From Anaerolineales bacterium (GTDB lineage Bacteria; Chloroflexota; Anaerolineae; Anaerolineales; DRKV01): a stretch of DNA of 40,928 bases. Position numbers and translations under genes: made by a program. Below are positions 7,513 to 16,000 of this stretch, piece after piece. The notes under the pieces were generated by a model, which did no database searches, had not been told where the DNA came from, and worked only from the letters and a program-made list of their open reading frames with translations. The stretch is taken from contig JANTFR010000003.1 in the NCBI GenBank assembly GCA_024763355.1, positions 1 to 40,928 on the forward strand. The letters are read 5' to 3'. Positions within the stretch are counted from its first letter, which is position 1; the number at the start of each line of letters is the position of its first letter.

Positions 7513-8610
7513 TTACGGGATGCTGTTTAGCGCCTGGCGCATTACTGCCAGCACGGCCTCCCGCACGGGAAGGAGCACCTGCGCCCCGCTGGTCGGCACG
7601 GTGTAAGGAATGACCTGCTGCGGCCCGATGTAATACGATTGGATGTTTCCGCTCTGCCCCACCGCCTTTGCCAGCGGGAGCAAGGGCTGGATGTCGGCCA
7701 GGGTCAGGTCGGTGAACACATTTTGCTGATACATGGCAAACAGTTCCGGGGCGCGCTGGATGGCATTCAAACTCAGCAAGCGGTAGAACACGGCCTCCAG
7801 CACCTCCTGCTGGCGGCGGGTGCGGTCGAAATCGCTGGTCGTGTAGCGCGAGCGCACGTACCACAGGGCGGTTTCTCCGTCCATGTGCACCACCCCGGCA
7901 GGGACGCTGTACATGCCGTACCCGTCTCGGTGGTCACTGAGCGGAACAGCCACCTGCACGTCAATCCCGCCCAAACTGTCCACCACGTTCTGGAAGGTGA
8001 ACAGGTTGATGCGCACGTAATGGTCGGGACGCACGCCGAAGTTGTACTCAAAGGTCTGCGCCAGGGCATCGAAGCCCCCCCAGGCCATCGCCGTATTGAT
8101 GCGCTGCACCGTCCAGCCGGGGATGTACACGTAGAGGTCGCGGGGGAAGGAGGTGAGATGCACGCTCTGGCGGGCGGGGTCAATCGTCAACAGGATGATG
8201 GTGTCGGTGCGAAAGCCCCCTTCGTACGGGCGTTGGTCGGAACCGAGCAAAACGATGTTGATTTGCCCCTCCGGTTGGGGCAACAAGCCCGCTGGCGGGG
8301 AAATTTCCACGGCGGGCCAGACGATGGGGCCGGGGTAGTCTCCCCAGGCCTTCCCGCTGCCGGGGGAGAGAGTCACCTCAGGGGTGGGTGTGGGCAGTGC
8401 GGTGGGGAGCAGGGTAGCCGTCAGCGCCTGGGGGCGGAAGGGGGTCGCCGTGGCGGTGGCATCCGGCGGAACGGTGACCAGCGGGCCGTGAGCGGCCACC
8501 ACGCGGGCTGCCGGCGCCTTGCCTGCCAGCGGGACGAACAGGAGCGGCAGATTGCAGGCCAGCATTGTCAGGAGCACTGCCCCTGTCAGCCAGGCCAACC
8601 CGCTTTTCAG
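7513..8610 (-). CDS. LCP (LytR-CpsA-Psr) family protein, probable lipoprotein; start codon uncertain
   Basis: INIVLLGSDQR, RTDTII, SFPRDLYV, RINTA, ALWYVRSR..SDFDRTRRQQ; lipobox MLAC. The ORF-track start at 9153 lies inside the LysM gene. Confidence 0.9.
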   Translation of the reverse strand: MKSGLAWLTGAVLLTMLACNLPLLFVPLAGKAPAARVVAAHGPLVTVPPDATATATPFRPQALTATLLPTALPTPTPEVTLSPGSGKAWGDYPGPIVWPAVEISPPAGLLPQPEGQINIVLLGSDQRPYEGGFRTDTIILLTIDPARQSVHLTSFPRDLYVYIPGWTVQRINTAMAWGGFDALAQTFEYNFGVRPDHYVRINLFTFQNVVDSLGGIDVQVAVPLSDHRDGYGMYSVPAGVVHMDGETALWYVRSRYTTSDFDRTRRQQEVLEAVFYRLLSLNAIQRAPELFAMYQQNVFTDLTLADIQPLLPLAKAVGQSGNIQSYYIGPQQVIPYTVPTSGAQVLLPVREAVLAVMRQALNSIP

Positions 8611-9584
8611 GGCGTAGGTGTCGGCAGGAGGACGAGCGTTGGGCTGGGGGTGGGTGTCCATGTGCTGGTAGACGTTGGCGTGGGCGTGTCGGTTCCCGGT
8701 ATTGGCGTTGAGGTGGCCGTGCTGGTTGGCGTAGGCGTGGCGCTGGGAGGGAGCGTCGTGCCAGCCGTGGGGGTGGGCGAAGGGGGCCCCGCCGTGGGGG
8801 AGGCTGTCTCGGAGGGCGTCGGCGTGATGGTTGGGGTGGGCGTCCCCGGGGATGGGGAGGCCGAGGGGGTGAAAGATGGCGTCCAGGTAGGGGTGAAGGT
8901 TGGCGGGATGGCCGTGAAGGTAGGCGTTTTGGTGGGAGCGGGAACCGCCGTAAAGGTGGCCGTCACCGGCAGCGGGGTGCGGGTCGGCACGTTGGGGACG
9001 TAAAGCCGCTGTCCGGAGCGGATGTAGGTGCTGTTCCCCAGGCAATTTGCCCATTGGAGGGTGGTCACTTCCACCCCGAAAGCCAGGCCGATGCGGAACA
9101 AATTCTCTCCGGGCTGCACCGTATAGAAAATCCAGCCGGGGGGCGGTCCGCATTGCGCCGCCGCGGGCGGAGTGGGGGAGGCGTTCGGCGCGGGTGGTAC
9201 GTAGAGCAGCGCGCCCGCCGGTACGCTCTTGCCGTGCAGACAGTTGCCGTTCTTGATGGCCTGCACGCTGACGCCGTACTCCTGCGCCAGAGACTCCAGC
9301 GTTTCACCGCTCTGGACGGTGACCGCTACCCAGCCGGCCGGCGGCGGGCAGGAGGCGGGCGGTGCAATTGTCTCTGTGGGACGAGGGGCTGGCGGGGAGA
9401 CAGCGGCCGCGCCCGGCGTGAGCAGGACGGGGGAGGGGAAAACAAGCAGCGGCGGAGTGGGGCTGGCGGAAGGAGAAAGCACAGCGCGGTTCTCGTGGAG
9501 CGCGGTGAACGCGCCGCCCAGCACCAGGATGATGGAGAGCAACGAGAACAAAGGCCCGGAGAGATGAGAAAAGCGCTTGGACAT
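8607..9584 (-). CDS. Membrane-anchored protein with two LysM domains and a Pro/Thr-rich tail
   Basis: N-terminal TM; VTVQSGETLESLAQEYGVSVQAIKNGNCL and YTVQPGENLFRIGLAFGVEVTTLQWANCL; PT repeats. Confidence 0.9.
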   Translation of the reverse strand: MSKRFSHLSGPLFSLLSIILVLGGAFTALHENRAVLSPSASPTPPLLVFPSPVLLTPGAAAVSPPAPRPTETIAPPASCPPPAGWVAVTVQSGETLESLAQEYGVSVQAIKNGNCLHGKSVPAGALLYVPPAPNASPTPPAAAQCGPPPGWIFYTVQPGENLFRIGLAFGVEVTTLQWANCLGNSTYIRSGQRLYVPNVPTRTPLPVTATFTAVPAPTKTPTFTAIPPTFTPTWTPSFTPSASPSPGTPTPTITPTPSETASPTAGPPSPTPTAGTTLPPSATPTPTSTATSTPIPGTDTPTPTSTSTWTPTPSPTLVLLPTPTP

Positions 9585-9591
9585 GTCCTGG

Positions 9592-11910
9592 TCAGGTGTT
9601 GGCCGGTTCCTTCTCTCCCGCCAAAGGTAGCAGCACGCTGAAGGTGGCCCCGATACCTTCCTGGCTGTCCACCCAGACGCGCCCGTCCTGGTTTTCGATG
9701 AGGGTTTTGGCAATCGTCAACCCCGTGCCGTTGTCGCCCAGCCCCTCTATGGGTGTGTTCTCCGAGCGATACAGGCGGGAGAAGACCCGCGGCAAATCGT
9801 CGGGGTGAATGCCGCCGCCCTGGTCGCTAACTTGCAGGAGGACAAAGCCCGGCTCGTTCTCCGTGTCATGTTCCAGGCGGATGCGGAAGGTGACCTCCCC
9901 CTCCGGAGGGGTTGCCAGCGTGGCATTTTGCAGCAGGTGGAAGAGGGCTTGCTGCAACGATTCCTGGTCTGCGGTGAGGGTGGGTAAATCCCGAGGCAGG
10001 TCCAGGCGGAGGGCGATATTTTTCTCCCGCATTAGAGGCCCGGCCGCTGCCAGGGCTTTATCTACCACGCGATTGAGGGGGACGTTAGACTGGATGAGGG
10101 CCTGTGGCGGCTTTCCGACGGTCACGATTTGTATCAAATCTTCAATCAGCGTCCCCATGCGCTCGATGGAAGCGCGAATCCGTTCCAGGAATTTTCGCTG
10201 CAAGGCTCCTAAAATGCCGACGGATTCTCCCAGCAGCAAGTCGGTGTACCCCAGGATGGAAGACATGGGCTGCCGCAACTCTTGCGCCAGGTTCGTGAGG
10301 GCCTGCCGTTGTTCGTCCGTCACCGGTTCGCTCTTCTGCGCCAGCAAGGCGCGGCGGTCGGCCTCCGAAAGAAGTTGCTGTAAGCGGGCGACTTCGCTGA
10401 GCGCCGTGCGCAGTTCTCTTTCCAGTTGAGAGACCTGCCCGTTACCGGATGTCTGTTTACTCAGGTCGCTCAGTTGTTCCTGAAGCGCCCGATTTTCTTC
10501 CTGTAATTTGTGGATGACCTCCTGGGCGGTTTCCTGCGCTTCCAGAAGCGCTTCCAGACTCCCTTCAGGTGGCTCCCGTTGTTGTTGGGCGGTTGCTGCT
10601 TTGAAAGCGGCTATTTCCTCCTCCAGGCGCTGACGGGCGGCCTCCGCTTCCTGCTGTTTTTGTTGTGCGGCCTCCAGTTCTGTGCGGACCGTTTGCAGGT
10701 TTTCTTCCAGCGTTTGCAGGCGACTTTCCTGCACCTTCTGCTCCCCCAGGGCCTGCCCCGCCCGCAAAAGCGAGGTCTGGGCTGTCTGGCTCCAACTTTG
10801 CTCGCCAGAAAGGAGCACCAGCCCCATTTCCACGGCATCTTCCGGGGAAATCACGGGGGCAGCGAGCAGGTGGCCTTCCGGAACGTTCAAACGTTCCCAT
10901 AGCGTGTGCAGGTCTATCGATGTGCTGCTGGCCGGCAGGCGGAGAGGCCGCTTGCGGCGCAGGGCATTGTTCAGGATGGGGATGTCTCCCACGGAGAACG
11001 TCCCCTCCGGCCCGTAGGCATCCTCTTTCCGTTGGTAACTGCACGCAATTTGCCAGGCCCGTTCTCCCGCGGGGAGTAGAATCCCTACCGCGTCGGCCTC
11101 GAAAAAACCAGCCAAAGCGCGGGCCAGCAGGCGGTAGCGTTTTTCATCCGGCAGGTTGCTTTGCTGTAGTCCCAGCCAGTCTTCCCAGGCGGCGGTTATC
11201 CCTTCCCGGATTTGCGATGCTGTGCGAGGCGCGGCGGGAATTTCGGGGAGGAAACGTTGGGAAAGGGCAATCAGGAGGGGATATGCGGCCATCTGGGCTG
11301 CCCGCACTGCGCCGGGTAAGTCGCTGTTGGGCAAGGGAGTGATAAAGTGTGCCAGGTGTCCTGCCATGCTTATCCCCAGCATTGCCAGTCCGGTTTCCCA
11401 TTGATTGGGACGCCGTACAATCAAGAGGAAACTGCCAAAAACCAGTATCGCCAAGGCCATGATTTCCCAGGCCAGGTCGAAGCCGCTTTCGTTGTAGGCC
11501 CCGGCAGGCTCTCCCCAGGTCAGGTTGAGCAGAAAGACCACCCCCACAAACAGACCGAAGAATCCGGCGGCGGCATCCGCGCCTCGCTCCGGCTCGGGAT
11601 AGGCCCATAACCAGGCAATAAGCAGCACCCCCAGGGTGGTAACCAGCCTGTCCAGGGTGGGCAACAAGATGGGAAAATCCACCCATCCCTGGGCGGCGAC
11701 GATTGCCCCTCCGAAGAGCAACAGGCGCAACCCCAGCAGGGCGCTCAAGCCTGTCACCATGCGGCGCGCCGGGGGAGAGGGGCGCGTGCGCCACAAGGTC
11801 AACGCGCTTTGCAAAGCCCAGGCAACCGAAAAAGCCACAACCAGATGGTAGGCCATGTTTCCGGGCTGCGTAGTGAGGATAGTCAAAATTTGTTGGAAGA
11901 AAGAAGCCAT
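9592..11910 (-). CDS. Membrane sensor histidine kinase-like protein (multi-TM, GAF-like, coiled coil, HisKA/HATPase) with Gln in place of the phospho-His
   Basis: About 7 TM segments; AQELRQPMSSILGY H-box; LLQNA, VSDQGGGI, VFSRLYR, GTGLTIAK, SQEGIGATF. Confidence 0.88.
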   Translation of the reverse strand: MASFFQQILTILTTQPGNMAYHLVVAFSVAWALQSALTLWRTRPSPPARRMVTGLSALLGLRLLLFGGAIVAAQGWVDFPILLPTLDRLVTTLGVLLIAWLWAYPEPERGADAAAGFFGLFVGVVFLLNLTWGEPAGAYNESGFDLAWEIMALAILVFGSFLLIVRRPNQWETGLAMLGISMAGHLAHFITPLPNSDLPGAVRAAQMAAYPLLIALSQRFLPEIPAAPRTASQIREGITAAWEDWLGLQQSNLPDEKRYRLLARALAGFFEADAVGILLPAGERAWQIACSYQRKEDAYGPEGTFSVGDIPILNNALRRKRPLRLPASSTSIDLHTLWERLNVPEGHLLAAPVISPEDAVEMGLVLLSGEQSWSQTAQTSLLRAGQALGEQKVQESRLQTLEENLQTVRTELEAAQQKQQEAEAARQRLEEEIAAFKAATAQQQREPPEGSLEALLEAQETAQEVIHKLQEENRALQEQLSDLSKQTSGNGQVSQLERELRTALSEVARLQQLLSEADRRALLAQKSEPVTDEQRQALTNLAQELRQPMSSILGYTDLLLGESVGILGALQRKFLERIRASIERMGTLIEDLIQIVTVGKPPQALIQSNVPLNRVVDKALAAAGPLMREKNIALRLDLPRDLPTLTADQESLQQALFHLLQNATLATPPEGEVTFRIRLEHDTENEPGFVLLQVSDQGGGIHPDDLPRVFSRLYRSENTPIEGLGDNGTGLTIAKTLIENQDGRVWVDSQEGIGATFSVLLPLAGEKEPANT

Positions 11911-11932
11911 AGCAGATTTCCCTTCACGCCAA

Positions 11933-11941
11933 ATTATAGCA
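11933..11941 (-). promoter_or_regulatory. Extended -10 promoter of the kinase-LysM-LCP operon
   Basis: TGcTATAAT about 22 nt upstream of ATG 11910. Confidence 0.55.
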
Positions 11942-12085
11942 TGTTCATATCTGTGCAAGATGGCGGAAGGATGACACCTCCGTGATGACGTTGACCGCCC
12001 TTTCCCCGTTGCAAGTGCCGCGCCAGTTTTTCGTCCCGAAATTCCCGCCGTCAGGTGACAGCCTTGTTTGTCCGCGTGGTATGTA

Positions 12086-12144
12086 TCCGCAGATTACGCC
12101 GATTGCACGGATTTTTTGCTTCCTCCATCTGCGCCATCTGCGGA
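12086..12144. repeat. Imperfect palindrome of 9-mer units (REP-like)
   Basis: ATCCGCAGATTACGCCGATT...ATCTGCGCCATCTGCGGAT; terminal ATCCGCAGAT/ATCTGCGGAT are complementary. Confidence 0.6.
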
Positions 12145-12188
12145 TGAATCTGTCCACCTTTGGAATTCCTGAATTTCTGCGAAGAAGG

Positions 12189-12216
12189 TTGACAAATCGA
12201 AAATTCCGAGTACAAT
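12189..12216 (+). promoter_or_regulatory. Promoter of tRNA-Leu
   Basis: TTGACA-16 bp-TACAAT. Confidence 0.7.
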
Positions 12217-12227
12217 ACCCTGCGCAT

Positions 12228-12312
12228 GCCGAAGTGGCGGAACAGGCAGACGCGCTGCGTTCAGGGCGCAGTTCCCATTACGGGAGTGTGGGTTCGACTC
12301 CCACCTTCGGCA
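12228..12312 (+). tRNA. tRNA-Leu (CAG), CCA not encoded
   Basis: GCCGAAG/CTTCGGC acceptor, CTGCG-TT-CAG-GG-CGCAG anticodon arm, long variable arm, GTTCGAC T-loop. Confidence 0.97.
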
Positions 12313-12315
12313 CAG

Positions 12316-12343
12316 AAAAAGCCCCCTTCCGAGGGCTTTTTTT
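12316..12343 (+). terminator. Intrinsic terminator after tRNA-Leu
   Basis: AAAAAGCCC...GGGCTTTTTTT. Confidence 0.8.
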
Positions 12344-12345
12344 GT

Positions 12346-12374
12346 TTGCCAGAGTGGGATAGATGCGGTATCAT
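12346..12374 (+). promoter_or_regulatory. Promoter, probably leaderless
   Basis: TTGCCA-17 bp-TATCAT, 6 nt before ATG 12381. Confidence 0.65.
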
Positions 12375-12380
12375 CAGAGC

Positions 12381-12758
12381 ATGAAGAGCAAAGTCAAGTA
12401 TGTCTTGATTGCGGTGGGACTGGCCGTATTGGTCATGCTGCTCAGCGACTTCAACGCCCGCATTGCCGAGTTGAACCGTCTGCGCCGCGAACACGAACAG
12501 GTGGCCACCCAACTGGCCGGCATGCAGGGCACGCAGGCGGCCCTGCAAACGCAAATTGTGTATGCCACCTCGGATGCCGCCGTGCTGGAAAATGCGTATG
12601 AGGAAAACCGTATGGTGCGGCCGGGTGATGTTCTGGTTGTGCCCCTGGGTGGGGTAACCGCTACTCCTACGCCGGTTTTACCTGTTTCCCCTCAGGCAGC
12701 GGAGGAACATGCTCCCTGGGAATACTGGTTTGCGCTTTTCTTTGAAGAAACCCCTTGA
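12381..12758 (+). CDS. Septum formation initiator (FtsB/DivIC-like) protein
   Basis: One N-terminal TM, coiled coil, SDAAVLENAYEENRMVRPGD pattern. Confidence 0.75.
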   Translation: MKSKVKYVLIAVGLAVLVMLLSDFNARIAELNRLRREHEQVATQLAGMQGTQAALQTQIVYATSDAAVLENAYEENRMVRPGDVLVVPLGGVTATPTPVLPVSPQAAEEHAPWEYWFALFFEETP

Positions 12759-12783
12759 CGGGAGCGGCGCGGCGTGCTAGAAT
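12755..12783 (+). promoter_or_regulatory. Promoter of initiator tRNA-Met
   Basis: TTGACG-17 bp-TAGAAT with TG; the -35 overlaps the upstream TGA stop. Confidence 0.7.
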
Positions 12784-12807
12784 TGCGCCCGCTCAATAAG
12801 ATAGCGT

Positions 12808-12879
12808 TGCGGGGTGGAGCAGTGGCAGCTCGTCGGGCTCATAACCCGAAGGTCGCAGGTTCGAGTCCTGCCCCCGCTA
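12808..12879 (+). tRNA. tRNA-Met (CAT), initiator type
   Basis: TCGGG-CT-CAT-AA-CCCGA with three consecutive G-C pairs; unpaired 1:72 position; CCA not fully encoded. Confidence 0.96.
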
Positions 12880-12883
12880 CCTG

Positions 12884-12912
12884 AAAAAAACGCCTGATTT
12901 CAGGCGTTTTTT
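12884..12912. terminator. Bidirectional intrinsic terminator
   Basis: AAAAAAACGCCTGATTTCAGGCGTTTTTT. Confidence 0.85.
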
Positions 12913-12957
12913 GCTTTAAGGGTCACGGCAGTTAACCGTGGAAGCGTAAAAAACTGA

Positions 12958-13070
12958 GGCAACGTGGAATTGCGGGGTAAGAGGGGCAGACTTCCGAGAT
13001 TTCTTCGGAGGAACGTTCGGCTGGAGCGGCCCTCGTCAAAATCTCGGAAGTCTTAACCGAAAACGCTTGT
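12958..13070 (+). mobile_element. ~110-bp MITE/REP-like element, copy 1
   Basis: AACGTGGAATTGCGGGGTAAGAGGGGCAGACTTCCGAGATTT...AAATCTCGGAAGTCTT; homologous to 17167 and 28270. Confidence 0.75.
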
Positions 13071-13098
13071 GTCTTCGTTGGCGCTAACGCTCTCTTAC

Positions 13099-16000
13099 CT
13101 ACGGCGCGGATTGCGCTTGATGCCATTGGCGCATGACCACCATTTCAGATGCCCACCGCTCGGTTTTTCCGGCAGGCAACCCATTTTCGGCTGCCTTCAG
13201 GCTTGCGAGGCTTGGCCCTTTGGAAATGTGTTTGGCGCTCGCGGATGTCTGGCGCATTACCAGAGGCAAGTAGATATGATACCCCTCCACCGTGACTACC
13301 ACTTCATCCGGCGTCGGGTCGGGCAGCCCCAGACTGTCAGTAACGGTCAGGGTGAAAGTCAGCACCGCCGGGCTGCTCGGCGCGGTAAAGGTGGGACTGA
13401 CCACTGTTGCGTCGGACAGCGTCACCGCCGGGCCGCCGGTCTGGGTCCAGCGGTAGGTCAGCGGGTCGCCGTCCGGGTCGCTACTGGCCGAACCGTCCAG
13501 AGTGACCACCGCGCCGGGGGCCACCGTCTGGTCTGAACCGGCGTCAGCCACAGGTGGGTTGTTGACTATGCTAGTAACGGTCAGGACGCCGGTCTGGCCT
13601 ACATCAAACGGGTTGCCGGGCCACACCCCCTTGAGGTCGCCATATTCCCAGGCGGCATTGGGGTTGCCCGCGCCGTGATTGCCGTCAAAGCGCACGGTGT
13701 AGGAATAAACGCCGGCAGCCAGAGGGGTGAGAGTGGCAGTGTAGATGTCGTTGTTGCCGTTCTGATTGCCGGTAAAGGTCATTGGCGTCCAGGTCCACGA
13801 GGCGGGGTCGGCGCTCGTGCCGTAGCCAAGTTCAGCCCACACACCTCGGCCCTCGCCGGCCGGGTTGGTCACATTTTGGATATAGACTTCGCCGCTGATG
13901 GGTTCGGTTGTGTTGCCCAGGCTGATGGTAATGGTTGACGGTTGCATCAGGTGGGCGTAGCCAACGGTGACGTTACGATAGTCGTCCACTGTCGCCGTGG
14001 TGGTCACCGTTACTACGCGGTTGTCGGTGTTGAGCCAGTCCCATTGGTCCCCACCGCTCTTGACGACGTATTTGTACTCGTAGGTACCGGTATCGCTCAG
14101 AATGACGGTGACGGAAAAGACGCTGGCATCGGCGTTGGCGGTCATGTAGGTGGCAGTGGTGCTCCAACCGTTAAAGTCACCGCTCAGGTAGAGGTCCTCG
14201 CCGTTCTGCACCACATCTTCTGCATCGTGGTAAACAAAGGTAAGGGGGTAGTCCAGGTCTATGTCGGCATCGTAGCGAGGAACCAGTTTGTAATTGCCGT
14301 AACTATAGTTGCCGATGCCCCGGATAAAGCCGTACAGGTCGCCGTTGGTGGGAGTGTAGGTCAGGTACTGGCTCCAGTCGTCGGCGTGGGCCTCGCCCGA
14401 ACCGTCATCGAAAGCCCATTCACCGTAGCCCAGGTTGTCATTCGTCACCGTTGCACCCTGGAACTCGATGAGCACGCTTTCGTAGGCTTCGGCAGTAGCG
14501 GCAGCGGTGGGAGCAAAGACGCCGGTGGTCAGGACCTCAGGGGCCGGCAGTGGGTTGCCGTTGCTGATGACCTGCTGGACGCCGCCCACGCTGTCGCGGA
14601 TGCTCAACTGGGTGACGCCGTTGTATTCCAGCACCTGCCCGTAGAGGAGCACCCTGTCGCCTTCCTGCACTGCCGGTTTATCGCCGCCGTTGTAGATGTA
14701 GAGGCCGCTCCACGGACCGCCGGCCGGGTCTTCGATAAAGTAGCGGTTGTTGGCCGTCGGATAAACATCGCTGGCGGCAATGACCACTCCCTCGACCCAA
14801 ACATGCTGACCGGCGTAAGGTGAGGCGTCGTCGTTGGCCGGCTCGGGCACGTATTGTATCTCGCGGATGGGCATGACCAGCACGTGAGCATATTCGGCAT
14901 AGTTGTTGCCCGTGACCGTATCGTTGCTGGCCGTGATTTCGACCGTATTGGTCAGCACGTACATCGTTGGCGAGGTCGCCACCGTGCCGGTGACCACCAG
15001 CCAGCCGGACTGGGTGAGGGTCGGTGTGGCGCAAACCAGCGTGGTCAACGTGGGCGTGCAGTTCATCGTGGGGGAGATGGCGTGGTTGGTGTAGGTGAAA
15101 TCGGCGGGGAAGGTGTCGGTCAGAATCACGCCCAGGGCCGGGTCGGTGCCGATGAAATCAAAGTCAACGGTGTAGGTGATGTCGTCGCCGGGCCACACCG
15201 GGCCGGTGGGGCCGGTCTTGGTCACCGAGAGGTCCATGCCGGTGATGGTGGTGGTCAGAACGGCGGTGTTATTGGTGGGCGAGATGTCGCCGCCGGCGTC
15301 AATGGTCACTTCGTTGGTGATGACCGTGCCGGGCAAAACCGAAGTCGTTATCTGAGCGGTGACGGTCACCACACCCGAGGGGAAACCGCAGTCCAGCGTG
15401 CCAGACCAGGAGACCGCGTGGGCCACCGGGTCGTAGGTGCCCGGCGGGTCGGTGGAGATATAGTCCACTTCCGCGGGCAGGGTATCGGTCAGGGTATAGG
15501 TGGTGGCCGGTGCCGGGTTGAGCGACGAGAAGGTCACGGTGTAAGTGATGGTGTCGCCGAGCGAAGCTGATGCCGGGCCGGACTTCGTCACGGTCATATC
15601 CACAGGGCCGGGGGTGTTGGTCGTGCCGTAGGTGGTCGGCAACTCAAAGAGAGTGCTCCATCCACCAGATGTGCTCCAGTTGTAGCCATCGTTGGGGCCT
15701 TGCCCGTCGCAGACGCGCTGAATGGAGCCGCTCTCGTTGCCCGGCGCGTCGGATGTGATCTGATCCACTCGGATGCCCTCGTCGGTCCAGAGGTAGAGTC
15801 CGTCGTTGTAGCCGATGGCCAGAGTACCCGAATAGACGATCCAGCCGCCGGCCGGGATGGTGTCGGTGAACACTTGCAAGCCATCGCCGCCATCGGTGAC
15901 GTACCAGCCGGTCATCACCACGGTGGCGGTGAGGGGGTTGTACAGCTCATAGTAGTCGAAGTCAACTTCATCGTCGGCGTCCAAATAGGCGTTGACCTCG

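Noticed and set aside
8611-9153. N-terminal 181 aa of the ORF-track LCP protein
   Set aside because: Alternative-frame read of the Pro/Thr-rich LysM gene; the signal-like sequence begins only at about 8610.
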